DNA of 64,000 nucleotides from a virus: positions 6,133 to 70,132 of IMG/VR virus record IMGVR_UViG_3300049825_001003; one strand, written 5' to 3'. The notes below the pieces were generated by a model, which worked only from the letters and a program-made list of their open reading frames with translations, was not told where the DNA came from and searched no databases. Numbering within the stretch: the stretch's first letter is position 1; every line of letters starts with the position of its first letter. Position numbers and translations under genes: made by a program. This document shows, one piece after another, positions 1 through 8,656 of the stretch.

Positions 1-361
1 AATGCTCGAAGCTTACAGGTCGCGCAAAAACTTTGCATTGAAGCATGGGGTGATTGGTTTTGACTTTATTCAGCCTAACCGAGACGGAACGAAAAAAGAA
101 AATGATGATGGAATATTGAGGGCTACCGATATTGCTGGAGGTTTTGATATTGTTCGGGTATTTGATAACCTGATGTCCATTAACCGAGGCAAGAATGATA
201 TTGAGAAGAAAGAGGCCAGAATATACTTTGACAAGTCCCGTACAGGTGATTTGAAAGGCAGATACTGGTACGTTGATACTGAGTTCGACAAAGGACGTTT
301 CGATATGACCAATGCGAAATTAGGTAATGGAGGAGCGCTCGAAAATGTCTCAAGCAAATAA
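1..361 (+). CDS. dnaB: Replicative DnaB-like (SF4) helicase, C-terminal fragment; 5' end outside window
   Basis: QPNR, DIAGGFDIVRVFDNLMSINR and KSRTG correspond to DnaB/gp41 motifs H3/H4 and the arginine finger. Confidence 0.7.
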   Translation, partial: MLEAYRSRKNFALKHGVIGFDFIQPNRDGTKKENDDGILRATDIAGGFDIVRVFDNLMSINRGKNDIEKKEARIYFDKSRTGDLKGRYWYVDTEFDKGRFDMTNAKLGNGGALENVSSK

Positions 362-512
362 TCTAGAAGAGAAACTTCCTTTAACAAAAGAACAAAAAGA
401 AGCACTTGAGGAGTCAATTGCAAAAAAAATAAACTCTTTATTCGAAGAACAGCAGAAAAAACATCATCAACTTATGGACCTTCTGGCCAAAACTAAGAAA
501 GAATTCAGATGA
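345..512 (+). CDS. Small hypothetical coiled-coil protein
   Basis: GGAGGAG RBS at 329-335; TGA overlaps the next ATG (ATGA). Confidence 0.6.
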   Translation: MSQANNLEEKLPLTKEQKEALEESIAKKINSLFEEQQKKHHQLMDLLAKTKKEFR

Positions 513-2107
513 TCAGTAAAACAATTCCCGTAGTTGCTGCTCCGAAGGCTTTAAAAACAAAAGCCTATTTGATTGTTTCGTGTGCGCACTTAGGCATGGC
601 TCCTAGAATTGTCTCTTTACTGAAGAACATTCGAGAGCATTATAAAGCGACTTCTTTTCACCTAGGGCCCGTGGTCACTGCAGAAGAAAAGAAGATGTAT
701 GAAAATCGAGAACGTAAAGTAAGAACATGGGAAAAGCAAACTGCTGAGACTTATAAACAGAGCCAGAAGCTCGGAGAAGACGCTCCAAATAGCTATTTCA
801 ATACAATTGACAAAATCGGTTCTGTACAGAAAGAGCTCGCTCAGCTTTTAAAAGTACAACAATCTCGAATCGACTTCCTCAAGACCTCTCTAGATCCAAA
901 GATTCAGTTCATTATCAATGATGAGCAGTGCCTTCCTAACGTTCTCCTAGAAGACGCAAGGCCGGAAGCTACACTCACTAAGCACCTTCTCCTCTCTTCG
1001 ATTTCTGCCAATGGCGACAAGATTGCTCACAAGCCAATCTCTCCTCGCTCGTTCAACTACTTCAGGAACCGAGGCCACAGCTTCATCATTCCTCACCCTA
1101 CTCCCTGTCTTTCTTCTTTCAACAAAGAAGGAATTAATCAGGCATTTGTTATGTGCACTACAGGGTCATTGAACGACATTGGCACTGTGAAACGTCCTAG
1201 TGAATATTACAAAATCAATAATATGCCTGGGGCTATTCTTGTCCTAGTGGATGAGACCAATGGCGAATACCACATCAAGCGCTTGCGTCTCGAACCTATC
1301 AATGGCAGGAATTATTCCTGCTCTGACGACGGTTTAGTTTTCTTGAGCAATGGAACAATTATTGAATCCACTAGCCCTGATAAAGCTCTTGTCTCTAGTG
1401 ATGACCACGCTCCTCATCAGCATCCCGGAGTATTAGGCGCAGTTGTTGCCCTAGGCGTCCTGCACGAACCTGAACTGATGTTCAATAATGGTGACGCTGC
1501 AGATTTCGAAAGCGTTTGTCGCCATAATAAAGGAAGGCCTCTGTATCAAGAAAACAAAAGAATTATTGATGACGTGATGGCACTCAGAAGACTCTTGACT
1601 GTCCAAGGAAGCATCAAGTCAGTCAAGCGCAGAGTGATGGGAGATTCTAACCATGGTGGATGGGTGGATGGGTTTGTTGCAGAAAATTCTGCACTGCAAG
1701 GTCTATTGGATTGGCCCAGTCTCCAAAGAAACTACTTCCCTGACTGGGAGTTTATTATCCGTGGAGATCAGACTGTATTTAAATTTGGTGACTTGAGCAT
1801 TCGCCATGGTGACCAGGAAAAAGGAGGAATCGCTGCAGGGTCGAGACTGTTCAGTAAGTACCTGTGCGGCCACTGGCACTCTCACAATGAGTATCTCTGG
1901 GCTGGCAGTATGGGCGCTGGATGTAAGTTAGGGCCAAAGTACTTAGAAGGAAGCTTGACTTCTTGGACCAGTACAGTAACTTCCTTGACAAAGTACAAGG
2001 ACAAGACCTCTTTCAACATTAAAACAGTGCTTCATGACTCTATTGCAAAAGTTTCTCGAGTAGCTTACCGAGGCCAAGTGTACCAATTCCCTCAAGTTTT
2101 CGTCTAA
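509..2107 (+). CDS. Calcineurin-like metallophosphoesterase with an apparently degenerate N-terminal second copy
   Basis: C-half has SDDH, NGDAAD, SNH, RHGD, GHWH motifs; N-half has SCAH, LGP, INDE, PHP at equivalent spacing. Confidence 0.7.
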   Translation: MISKTIPVVAAPKALKTKAYLIVSCAHLGMAPRIVSLLKNIREHYKATSFHLGPVVTAEEKKMYENRERKVRTWEKQTAETYKQSQKLGEDAPNSYFNTIDKIGSVQKELAQLLKVQQSRIDFLKTSLDPKIQFIINDEQCLPNVLLEDARPEATLTKHLLLSSISANGDKIAHKPISPRSFNYFRNRGHSFIIPHPTPCLSSFNKEGINQAFVMCTTGSLNDIGTVKRPSEYYKINNMPGAILVLVDETNGEYHIKRLRLEPINGRNYSCSDDGLVFLSNGTIIESTSPDKALVSSDDHAPHQHPGVLGAVVALGVLHEPELMFNNGDAADFESVCRHNKGRPLYQENKRIIDDVMALRRLLTVQGSIKSVKRRVMGDSNHGGWVDGFVAENSALQGLLDWPSLQRNYFPDWEFIIRGDQTVFKFGDLSIRHGDQEKGGIAAGSRLFSKYLCGHWHSHNEYLWAGSMGAGCKLGPKYLEGSLTSWTSTVTSLTKYKDKTSFNIKTVLHDSIAKVSRVAYRGQVYQFPQVFV

Positions 2108-2119
2108 AGAAAGTTTTTT

Positions 2120-3094
2120 ATGACAATTTTAGCTATTGGCGATTTGCACTATAAATCGACAAATACTCCCATCATGCCTCAGGTAGAACAATCTCTGATT
2201 GATTTAGCAAAAGAACATTCTCCGGACAAAATAGTTCTGTTAGGGGATATTCTAGATCGACACGAAACTGTTCACACTGACCATCTAAATGCTGCAATGG
2301 ATTTCATTATCCGGCTGTCGGCCATTGCTGTAGTTTATGTGCTGATTGGGAACCACGACTTGTCTTCTAATCGGGTATTCCTTGAAGATCGCCACGCTCT
2401 GAATGGACTCAAGGGGCGGGCGAATATTAAAATTATAGACAAACCTTTGCTGGAAGATGGCTATCTGTTTGTTCCTTATGTGCCAAATGGCAGGTTCCTC
2501 GAGGCTATAGGAAATCTTCATGAGAGTGCTTCTGTGGTGTTTTGCCATCAAGAGTTCAAAGGCGCAGCATTTGGCAACATGAGAAGTGAGAGTCCTGATG
2601 AGTGGGCACTCGACGCGCCTCTAGTAATCTCGGGCCACATCCACGAACGTCAGGAGCTTCAGCCTAATTTGATTTATGCAGGCACTCCTTTCCAGCAAGC
2701 TTTTGGTGAATCAGTTGACAAAACTGTTTGCCTATTGGACGTTTCAAAGTCCGGCGTCCAGTTACAACACATTCGGACAAACGTGCCGAAAAGAATCACT
2801 CTGGAAATAACCATTGATGAAATTAGTGAGTTAGAAATTAATCCAAATGACCTTTATCGTATTCAGGTGAAATGTCCTACAGCCTCCAGCTGGCAAGCAT
2901 TTAGGAAAACAAAAGAATACAAGAAGCTTCTTGCTATGAATATTAAAGTAATGCCAGTGACTGACAAACCTTCAGCTGAAAAACATGCTCTCACGTCTCG
3001 AAAAAGCTATTTACAAGTACTCCAGGAGCTGGTAAATCAAGAACCTAGTGGAGCCAAGATGTTGAATTCTGTACTGCAGGAATTAGTTTCTTGA
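2120..3094 (+). CDS. sbcD: Mre11/SbcD-like recombination nuclease (gp47-like)
   Basis: GDLH, LGDILD, GNHD, CHQE, SGHIH motifs; adjacent to a Rad50-like gene. Confidence 0.9.
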   Translation: MTILAIGDLHYKSTNTPIMPQVEQSLIDLAKEHSPDKIVLLGDILDRHETVHTDHLNAAMDFIIRLSAIAVVYVLIGNHDLSSNRVFLEDRHALNGLKGRANIKIIDKPLLEDGYLFVPYVPNGRFLEAIGNLHESASVVFCHQEFKGAAFGNMRSESPDEWALDAPLVISGHIHERQELQPNLIYAGTPFQQAFGESVDKTVCLLDVSKSGVQLQHIRTNVPKRITLEITIDEISELEINPNDLYRIQVKCPTASSWQAFRKTKEYKKLLAMNIKVMPVTDKPSAEKHALTSRKSYLQVLQELVNQEPSGAKMLNSVLQELVS

Positions 3095-3103
3095 GTGGAG
3101 AGT

Positions 3104-3130
3104 TAAAGTTCCTAGGCAGAATGCCGATAA
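3104..3130 (+). promoter_or_regulatory. sigma28/FliA-type promoter upstream of the Rad50-like gene
   Basis: TAAA-N15-GCCGATAA, perfect consensus, intergenic. Confidence 0.85.
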
Positions 3131-3192
3131 GGTTATTGAGTTCCTTAGTCCTCCTGTCCAGTTAATCAATGTTTTTACTTCTGGAGACTTTA

Positions 3193-5652
3193 ATGAGACT
3201 TACTCTTGATCGCTTCAAAGCTCATTACTCCAAAACCCTAGACCTGCCAGATACTGGACTTATTCTCCTAGATGGAAACTCTGGAGCAGGAAAAAGCACA
3301 GTATTGAAAGCATTCCTCTATGCAGCCTATGGAGCAGTGTCCAAGCCAGTGAGCTGGAATGAAACTTCCTGCTCTGTCTCTTGGGAGCTCAAAGGCCAGA
3401 CTATTACCCGAGGAAAAGGAAAGAACAATATTACCTTTGGCTCGGCCACTGGAGACACTGCTCAGTCAGCCATTCAAGCATTCCTTGGCATGTCCGAGTC
3501 TGAGTTCATGGCTAGCTCTTACATTGCCCAGAAAAACGTAAATTCCTTGCTTACGTTGACACCTGCAGAACAGCTTAGATTTATCGAAAGTCTGGCTTTT
3601 GGAGACCAGTCTCCAGATCTCTTCAAGAAGAAAATACAAGAAAAGAACTTACTCCTCTCTGGACAAATATCGAGCATCGAATCAAAAATCTCAGGTCTCC
3701 GTGAGTCCATGGAAGACCTAGAAGAGAATGATTTCTCCTGGCTAGATGTTTTCTCGCAAGAGCTTTCAGAGGCCAAGTGGCAAATCGCGCAAAAGAAAGC
3801 GAAGAAGGAAGCTCTCCAGAAAACCTTAGACGCCTTGAAAACGGAACACTCGAAGCACATGTCCATCCTTCAAGAGATGAGCCGGATTAAGCAAAAGGCT
3901 AGAGACCTGAAAGAGATGGAATCTCATTTTGCTGGGCGTGCAGGAACAGAGCAAATTGAATCCCCGGAAGAAATAGCGCGAGCTATTAAAACTCTTGAAA
4001 ACGCCCAAGGCTTAGTAAAAATTAATAGCGCTTTAGCTTCTTTGGATGAATCGCACAAGACCTTAGCTACAGAGATAGTCGAGTCCAAGGCCCAGTCCAG
4101 CATTGTAGAAGCCTCAATGGCTCTCCTTATAGATGAGCTGAGTAATTCAGATCATCTTGCCCAAAAGCTCAAAGAACTTAACCAGATCAATACTGACCTG
4201 CAGCCCCTCATCGAGCTATACGCAGGACGTACTCTGGTCTTCTCGGAAATAGAAACATTCAGCCTCAAGATTAAAGAAAAGATCAGTGCTTCTGAAAATA
4301 AACTGGCAGACCTTTACAGTAAAAAGTCAGACCTGGAGGCGTCCTCTAGGCTCCAGGATTTAAGCTGCCCTGCGTGTCATGAGCCATTAATAGTCCATAA
4401 AGGGGCTTTATGCTCTGTTAATGAATCAGAGCCTGAATCTTTCAATGTTCAGGCGATTGAAGTCAAGATTTCAGAAGAGAAACCTAAGCTATCGAAGTTT
4501 CAGTCCATGGAAGTAATTGTTACAAACGTTATGAAGCGGGTAGATTTAGGAGTACTCGTTGATTTTCAGGATTTAGAAGTACTTCGTGTAGAAATCGACA
4601 ATTTGAGCACGCTTACAGCTGCCCTCTCTCTGAAAGAAAAAGAACTCTCAAAACTCGCTTACAGCTTTGAACAGTTAGTTGTTGAAACAAAAAAGAAAGC
4701 TGAAGGTTTATCGACAATTAAGTCGCAGATTACCGCGCTTTTGCCAAAAGTGAATACAGTTCAGTTAAGCGCTGAAGTGCTGGACGCTGCCAAGCATACA
4801 TCTGAAGAACTGGTGCAAAAAATAGCGGATCAGAAAGCTAGGCACATAAATGCTCTCGGCCTTCAGGATGAGCTGGAAAAAGAGAGAGCATTTCGGGAGA
4901 AGGTTGGTGCTCAAAAATCCGAACTAGCTTCCTCCTTCCAAGCCCTCCAGATCTCTGCCAATGAATGGAATAGAAGTGAAAAAGAAGTTGAGATAGACGA
5001 AATTGAGAGCAATCTCAGAGACGCCCAGAACTCAATCGCTTCCCTAGAAGGCACAATAGAAAGCCTTGTGAGTTCCATTAGCTCAGGTGAAAAAGAAAAG
5101 GCAAAACATGAGGAGAGAGAGCGGGCTGCTAAAAAGACTGAAGAGAAGATTCTGCAGTATGGCGATGAGGCTATGCCCTTAATCTGCAAAAGAGCAGCCA
5201 CCTTAAGGCTTAAAGAGCTTTCTGATGCTGCTCAAATGAAAGCTGTAGCCGTGACTCTGGACGCTCTTAACTTAGGAGCAAAAGAATACTTGGACGTTCT
5301 ATTTCAAGATCCTCCAATTTCAGTTGAACTTCGCCCCTTTAAAGAAAACAAAGACAGCTCGGTTAAAGCAAAGCTAAGTTTGGCTGTGTCCTACAGAGGT
5401 ATGGAATTAGACAATATTACTGATGATGTGTCAGGAGGAGAGAACGATCGTATTATTCTGGCTTATCAATTAGCAATGAACAGTATGTATAACTCGCCAA
5501 TTCTGCTATTAGACGAGCCATTTACAGGCCTCAATCAAGAACTTATTGACACTTGTCTAGATGCATTAAAAATATTAAGTCAAAATAAGTTGATTCTGGT
5601 TGTGGCACATGGTATCAATAAAGGCGCTTTCGATGACGTGATTGATATTTAA
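3193..5652 (+). CDS. sbcC: Rad50/SbcC-like SMC ATPase (gp46-like)
   Basis: Walker A GNSGAGKS, long coiled coils, CPAC zinc hook, VSGGE signature, LLLDEP Walker B, VAH; GGAG RBS before ATG 3193. Confidence 0.93.
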   Translation: MRLTLDRFKAHYSKTLDLPDTGLILLDGNSGAGKSTVLKAFLYAAYGAVSKPVSWNETSCSVSWELKGQTITRGKGKNNITFGSATGDTAQSAIQAFLGMSESEFMASSYIAQKNVNSLLTLTPAEQLRFIESLAFGDQSPDLFKKKIQEKNLLLSGQISSIESKISGLRESMEDLEENDFSWLDVFSQELSEAKWQIAQKKAKKEALQKTLDALKTEHSKHMSILQEMSRIKQKARDLKEMESHFAGRAGTEQIESPEEIARAIKTLENAQGLVKINSALASLDESHKTLATEIVESKAQSSIVEASMALLIDELSNSDHLAQKLKELNQINTDLQPLIELYAGRTLVFSEIETFSLKIKEKISASENKLADLYSKKSDLEASSRLQDLSCPACHEPLIVHKGALCSVNESEPESFNVQAIEVKISEEKPKLSKFQSMEVIVTNVMKRVDLGVLVDFQDLEVLRVEIDNLSTLTAALSLKEKELSKLAYSFEQLVVETKKKAEGLSTIKSQITALLPKVNTVQLSAEVLDAAKHTSEELVQKIADQKARHINALGLQDELEKERAFREKVGAQKSELASSFQALQISANEWNRSEKEVEIDEIESNLRDAQNSIASLEGTIESLVSSISSGEKEKAKHEERERAAKKTEEKILQYGDEAMPLICKRAATLRLKELSDAAQMKAVAVTLDALNLGAKEYLDVLFQDPPISVELRPFKENKDSSVKAKLSLAVSYRGMELDNITDDVSGGENDRIILAYQLAMNSMYNSPILLLDEPFTGLNQELIDTCLDALKILSQNKLILVVAHGINKGAFDDVIDI

Positions 5653-5666
5653 TTTTAAGGAGCTTT

Positions 5667-6746
5667 ATGGACAGCTTTTTTGCAACAGTTTCGGAGAATA
5701 TCCCTCTGATATTTCTCGACGTTCCTTTTTTAGTAGGGGCATTTTCTTCTTTTTTGACTGGAGTGGCAGTCACTTCCATAATCATCTTCTCCCGACAAAA
5801 CAGAGAACCTAAGAAAAAGAAACCTGCTCCTCAGCCAGAGACAGATCTCTTGCCTGACAGGACTATTGAGGACTACACGCTCAGCCTAGGAAAATGGGAC
5901 GCTGATTATGACTGCAGGAATCAGCATCCTGTTTGGCACAGAGACCCTGTCAGTCGCCGATCGGGTTCTCCAATCACCGGGCCATTGACCGAGACACGAA
6001 CTAAATTAATCCCGTTCTCGACTCCAATTCTAGATACTGACCATATCGAAGTTCAGCTTAAAGTGAAAGGTGTGAAAGGTGGATGGGTAACTTCCGGATG
6101 CACATTTTTCAATGGTCAGGGATATGGCACTCTAGTCGACACTCTTGATGAAGAGAACAAGAAGAATAAAATTGTACGTGTGAATTTTTTTAAGAATAAT
6201 TTTGACCTTGAAACTAAACGCATAGTTTCTTGGACAGATGGCTGGTGGAGAGTTGTAAAAAAAGCAAAACCGGCGTTGCCAGAGAAACGGGAATACGACA
6301 TCAGCCCAGACATTCAGGAAGAACTACTTGCCACGCATCGCGAAGCCCTTTCAAAAAAACAGAAGGATGGCGAGTTGAAGGATGTAACTTCCTCCGCCCC
6401 ACTGACAAAAGAGCCAAAAAAAACTGAGCCTTTAGAACTTACTCTCAGACAATCTCTGATGTTCTGGAACTATACTTGGTCAGAATCGGACCCTCTAGTT
6501 GAAGTGACTCTGGATGAAGCTATTGATGATTTTAAAACAGCTTTGGAATTCTACAAATCAGTTATGGTCTGTACCCAAACTATATCCAGACCTACAGTGG
6601 CCAAATGGTTTAAAGAGATGGAGCTCTATTCTCGACGCCTAGATGAGAATGGGAAGATTAAAACTTTTGTCCAGATTAAACAGTTTGTATCTGCAGGTCC
6701 TGAGATAGACGCTTTTCCTTTTGTCATGCACTGGCCATTTTTCTAA
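5667..6746 (+). CDS. Hypothetical membrane-anchored protein
   Basis: 359-aa ORF, AAGGAG RBS, N-terminal hydrophobic helix followed by a basic stretch. Confidence 0.7.
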   Translation: MDSFFATVSENIPLIFLDVPFLVGAFSSFLTGVAVTSIIIFSRQNREPKKKKPAPQPETDLLPDRTIEDYTLSLGKWDADYDCRNQHPVWHRDPVSRRSGSPITGPLTETRTKLIPFSTPILDTDHIEVQLKVKGVKGGWVTSGCTFFNGQGYGTLVDTLDEENKKNKIVRVNFFKNNFDLETKRIVSWTDGWWRVVKKAKPALPEKREYDISPDIQEELLATHREALSKKQKDGELKDVTSSAPLTKEPKKTEPLELTLRQSLMFWNYTWSESDPLVEVTLDEAIDDFKTALEFYKSVMVCTQTISRPTVAKWFKEMELYSRRLDENGKIKTFVQIKQFVSAGPEIDAFPFVMHWPFF

Positions 6747-6768
6747 CACTATTTGAGGGGGATTTTTC

Positions 6769-7440
6769 ATGAGCAAAGTTACTGTTTTGTTAGTAGGCCA
6801 CAAAGGTTCAGGTAAGACCACTGTTTTCAACACAATCAAGTCATTTCGTCCTGAAGCAACTGAAGTTCAGTTTGCAGGGAAGCTTAAGGAAGTTTGCGCT
6901 CATGCCTTTAACCTTCCTTTGGAATATTTTGAAGACCAGAGTTTGAAAGAGAAATCGTTTGAGTCAGGGCTGCCTGAGCTAAAATATGCTCAACTGAATA
7001 CTATTTACACTCGATTTGGAATACCAACTGTGAGTATCAGCCAGAACACAATCGAGCAACATTATGGCCGAGTGTTTCAAACTCCCCGCCAAATCGCGCA
7101 ATACGTAGGCACTGAAGTTCTCAGGGCAGTCAAGGACACGATTCACTCAGACTTGGCCCTTCAGAAAGCCAGTGAGTTGGACTTCTCAGTTATCACTGAC
7201 TGTAGGTTCCCTAATGAGTTTCAAAGTACTGTAGAAACCTTCCAAGGAAGTAACCGGAAAGTACTCACAGTGGCAATTCACAGAATGACTGCCGAGGCTA
7301 CTGCTGCCAAGGATCCTCACCCTTCTGAAGCTTATGTGCAAAAAATCCAACAATCTTGTGAATATCATTTATCCAACAATGGCACTTTTGAGGACTTGCA
7401 GCAGCAAATCAAGGGGCTCTTGTCTTGTACAGGGAACTGA
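6769..7440 (+). CDS. Deoxynucleoside monophosphate kinase
   Basis: GHKGSGKTT P-loop, FAGKLKE, TPRQIAQYVGTE, ITDCRFPNE, NNGT motifs as in T4 gp1/T5 dNMP kinases. Confidence 0.9.
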   Translation: MSKVTVLLVGHKGSGKTTVFNTIKSFRPEATEVQFAGKLKEVCAHAFNLPLEYFEDQSLKEKSFESGLPELKYAQLNTIYTRFGIPTVSISQNTIEQHYGRVFQTPRQIAQYVGTEVLRAVKDTIHSDLALQKASELDFSVITDCRFPNEFQSTVETFQGSNRKVLTVAIHRMTAEATAAKDPHPSEAYVQKIQQSCEYHLSNNGTFEDLQQQIKGLLSCTGN

Positions 7441-7443
7441 GAA

Positions 7444-7863
7444 ATGTCGAAAAATCACGCACTTCAAGATTCCAAGTTTTTCCAGGATTACAAAGTAGTC
7501 GATATTCTGAACTACTATGACGGTCCTAAAATATTTACATTCTTGACAAAAACAAACGACCTATTCCTTGCCTACTATGTGGATGATTCTGATGATTTCA
7601 CGGGAGAAGAGTTTCTGTTCGTTCCTACTTCTCAGGAATCCCTAGATCGGCTCACTGAAGGCAAGCTTTCTATTAAAGGTTTCTTCAGAGAAGCTGGATT
7701 TCTCTACAAGGTCACGATGACCAGCACAGAAATATTGGAGATTGAAAACCGATGGTTCTATCAAATCGAAGACGATATTCCTGAAGAGGGGGTTTTCTTG
7801 AAGTATTCTGCCAACTTCGACAGCACCTTGTCAGAAAAAAAGAACTGCCTTAAAAACTCCTAA
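7444..7863 (+). CDS. Hypothetical protein (YYDGP motif; DUF6575-like)
   Basis: 139-aa ORF with YYDGPxxF motif; family name recalled, not searched. Confidence 0.6.
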   Translation: MSKNHALQDSKFFQDYKVVDILNYYDGPKIFTFLTKTNDLFLAYYVDDSDDFTGEEFLFVPTSQESLDRLTEGKLSIKGFFREAGFLYKVTMTSTEILEIENRWFYQIEDDIPEEGVFLKYSANFDSTLSEKKNCLKNS

Positions 7864-7887
7864 AGCTTCCTTAAAATCTGCCGATAA
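7861..7887 (+). promoter_or_regulatory. sigma28/FliA-type promoter heading the oxygenase-dnaE unit
   Basis: TAAA-N15-GCCGATAA, perfect consensus. Confidence 0.85.
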
Positions 7888-7931
7888 GTCTTCTAGGTTC
7901 TGAGAAATCCTCAAATCTAGGAGACTTTTCC

Positions 7932-8108
7932 ATGATTAAAAATACCTACGCTGTTTATGCTTACGATACTCTTGATGAATCTCTCATGACTCTTACGCTC
8001 ACAGACAAAGAACATTCTAAAATGCTGGCTAATGGCTGGATTCTTAAACCACTTCCTTGCACAAAAGATGTTCAAACAGAATCATCCGAACAAGGAGAAG
8101 CAGAATGA
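7932..8108 (+). CDS. Small hypothetical protein (58 aa, not in ORF track)
   Basis: AGGAG RBS, ATG 7932, TGA overlaps the next ATG (ATGA at 8105-8108). Confidence 0.6.
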   Translation: MIKNTYAVYAYDTLDESLMTLTLTDKEHSKMLANGWILKPLPCTKDVQTESSEQGEAE

Positions 8109-8644
8109 GACCGATCTTTAATCTATTCAATGGGCTCTTCCAGGCTTTTGCGTTCGACACAGAATGGGTGTCTGGTCGGCAAGTCGGTGGCTACAAAATC
8201 AAGCAAGTCTTCAGTTGCTGGTTCTTGCGTTATTTAGTTTTTGATATTTTGCTTATTAAGTATACCGAAGGGACTGAGATCCCCCCTCACAGAGATCCGG
8301 AAGTAGGCTTACGATTTAACTTTGTTTGGAAGAACTCTGCAAAAGGGGGAGAGTTTCATGTGCGGGGGAAGAAATTAAAGATAGGGCCTTTAATAATTTT
8401 CAACCCTAGGAATACTCACTACGTGACAAAAGTCACTTCGGGATCTCGCCACGTGTTCTCTATAGGGTTTGGAAGTGGAGTGGCTCAGAGTTTTGATTTT
8501 GGTTTTTCCGAGAAACTGACACTCTCTCCTGAAGCAGAAGAAAGATTCAACCAGCTCTATGTTGAATCACTGAAAAAGCTCGACAAGCCTCAGGATTCGA
8601 TCTACATTTCTCCTACCTCTCAGCAAAACAGTCAGCTCCATTAA
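8105..8644 (+). CDS. 2OG-Fe(II) oxygenase
   Basis: IPPHRDP (HxD), GGEF, distal H (THYVTKV) and R (GSRHVFS); start moved to ATG 8105 after AAGGAG. Confidence 0.8.
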   Translation: MRPIFNLFNGLFQAFAFDTEWVSGRQVGGYKIKQVFSCWFLRYLVFDILLIKYTEGTEIPPHRDPEVGLRFNFVWKNSAKGGEFHVRGKKLKIGPLIIFNPRNTHYVTKVTSGSRHVFSIGFGSGVAQSFDFGFSEKLTLSPEAEERFNQLYVESLKKLDKPQDSIYISPTSQQNSQLH

Positions 8645-8656
8645 ACAGGAATAGAA

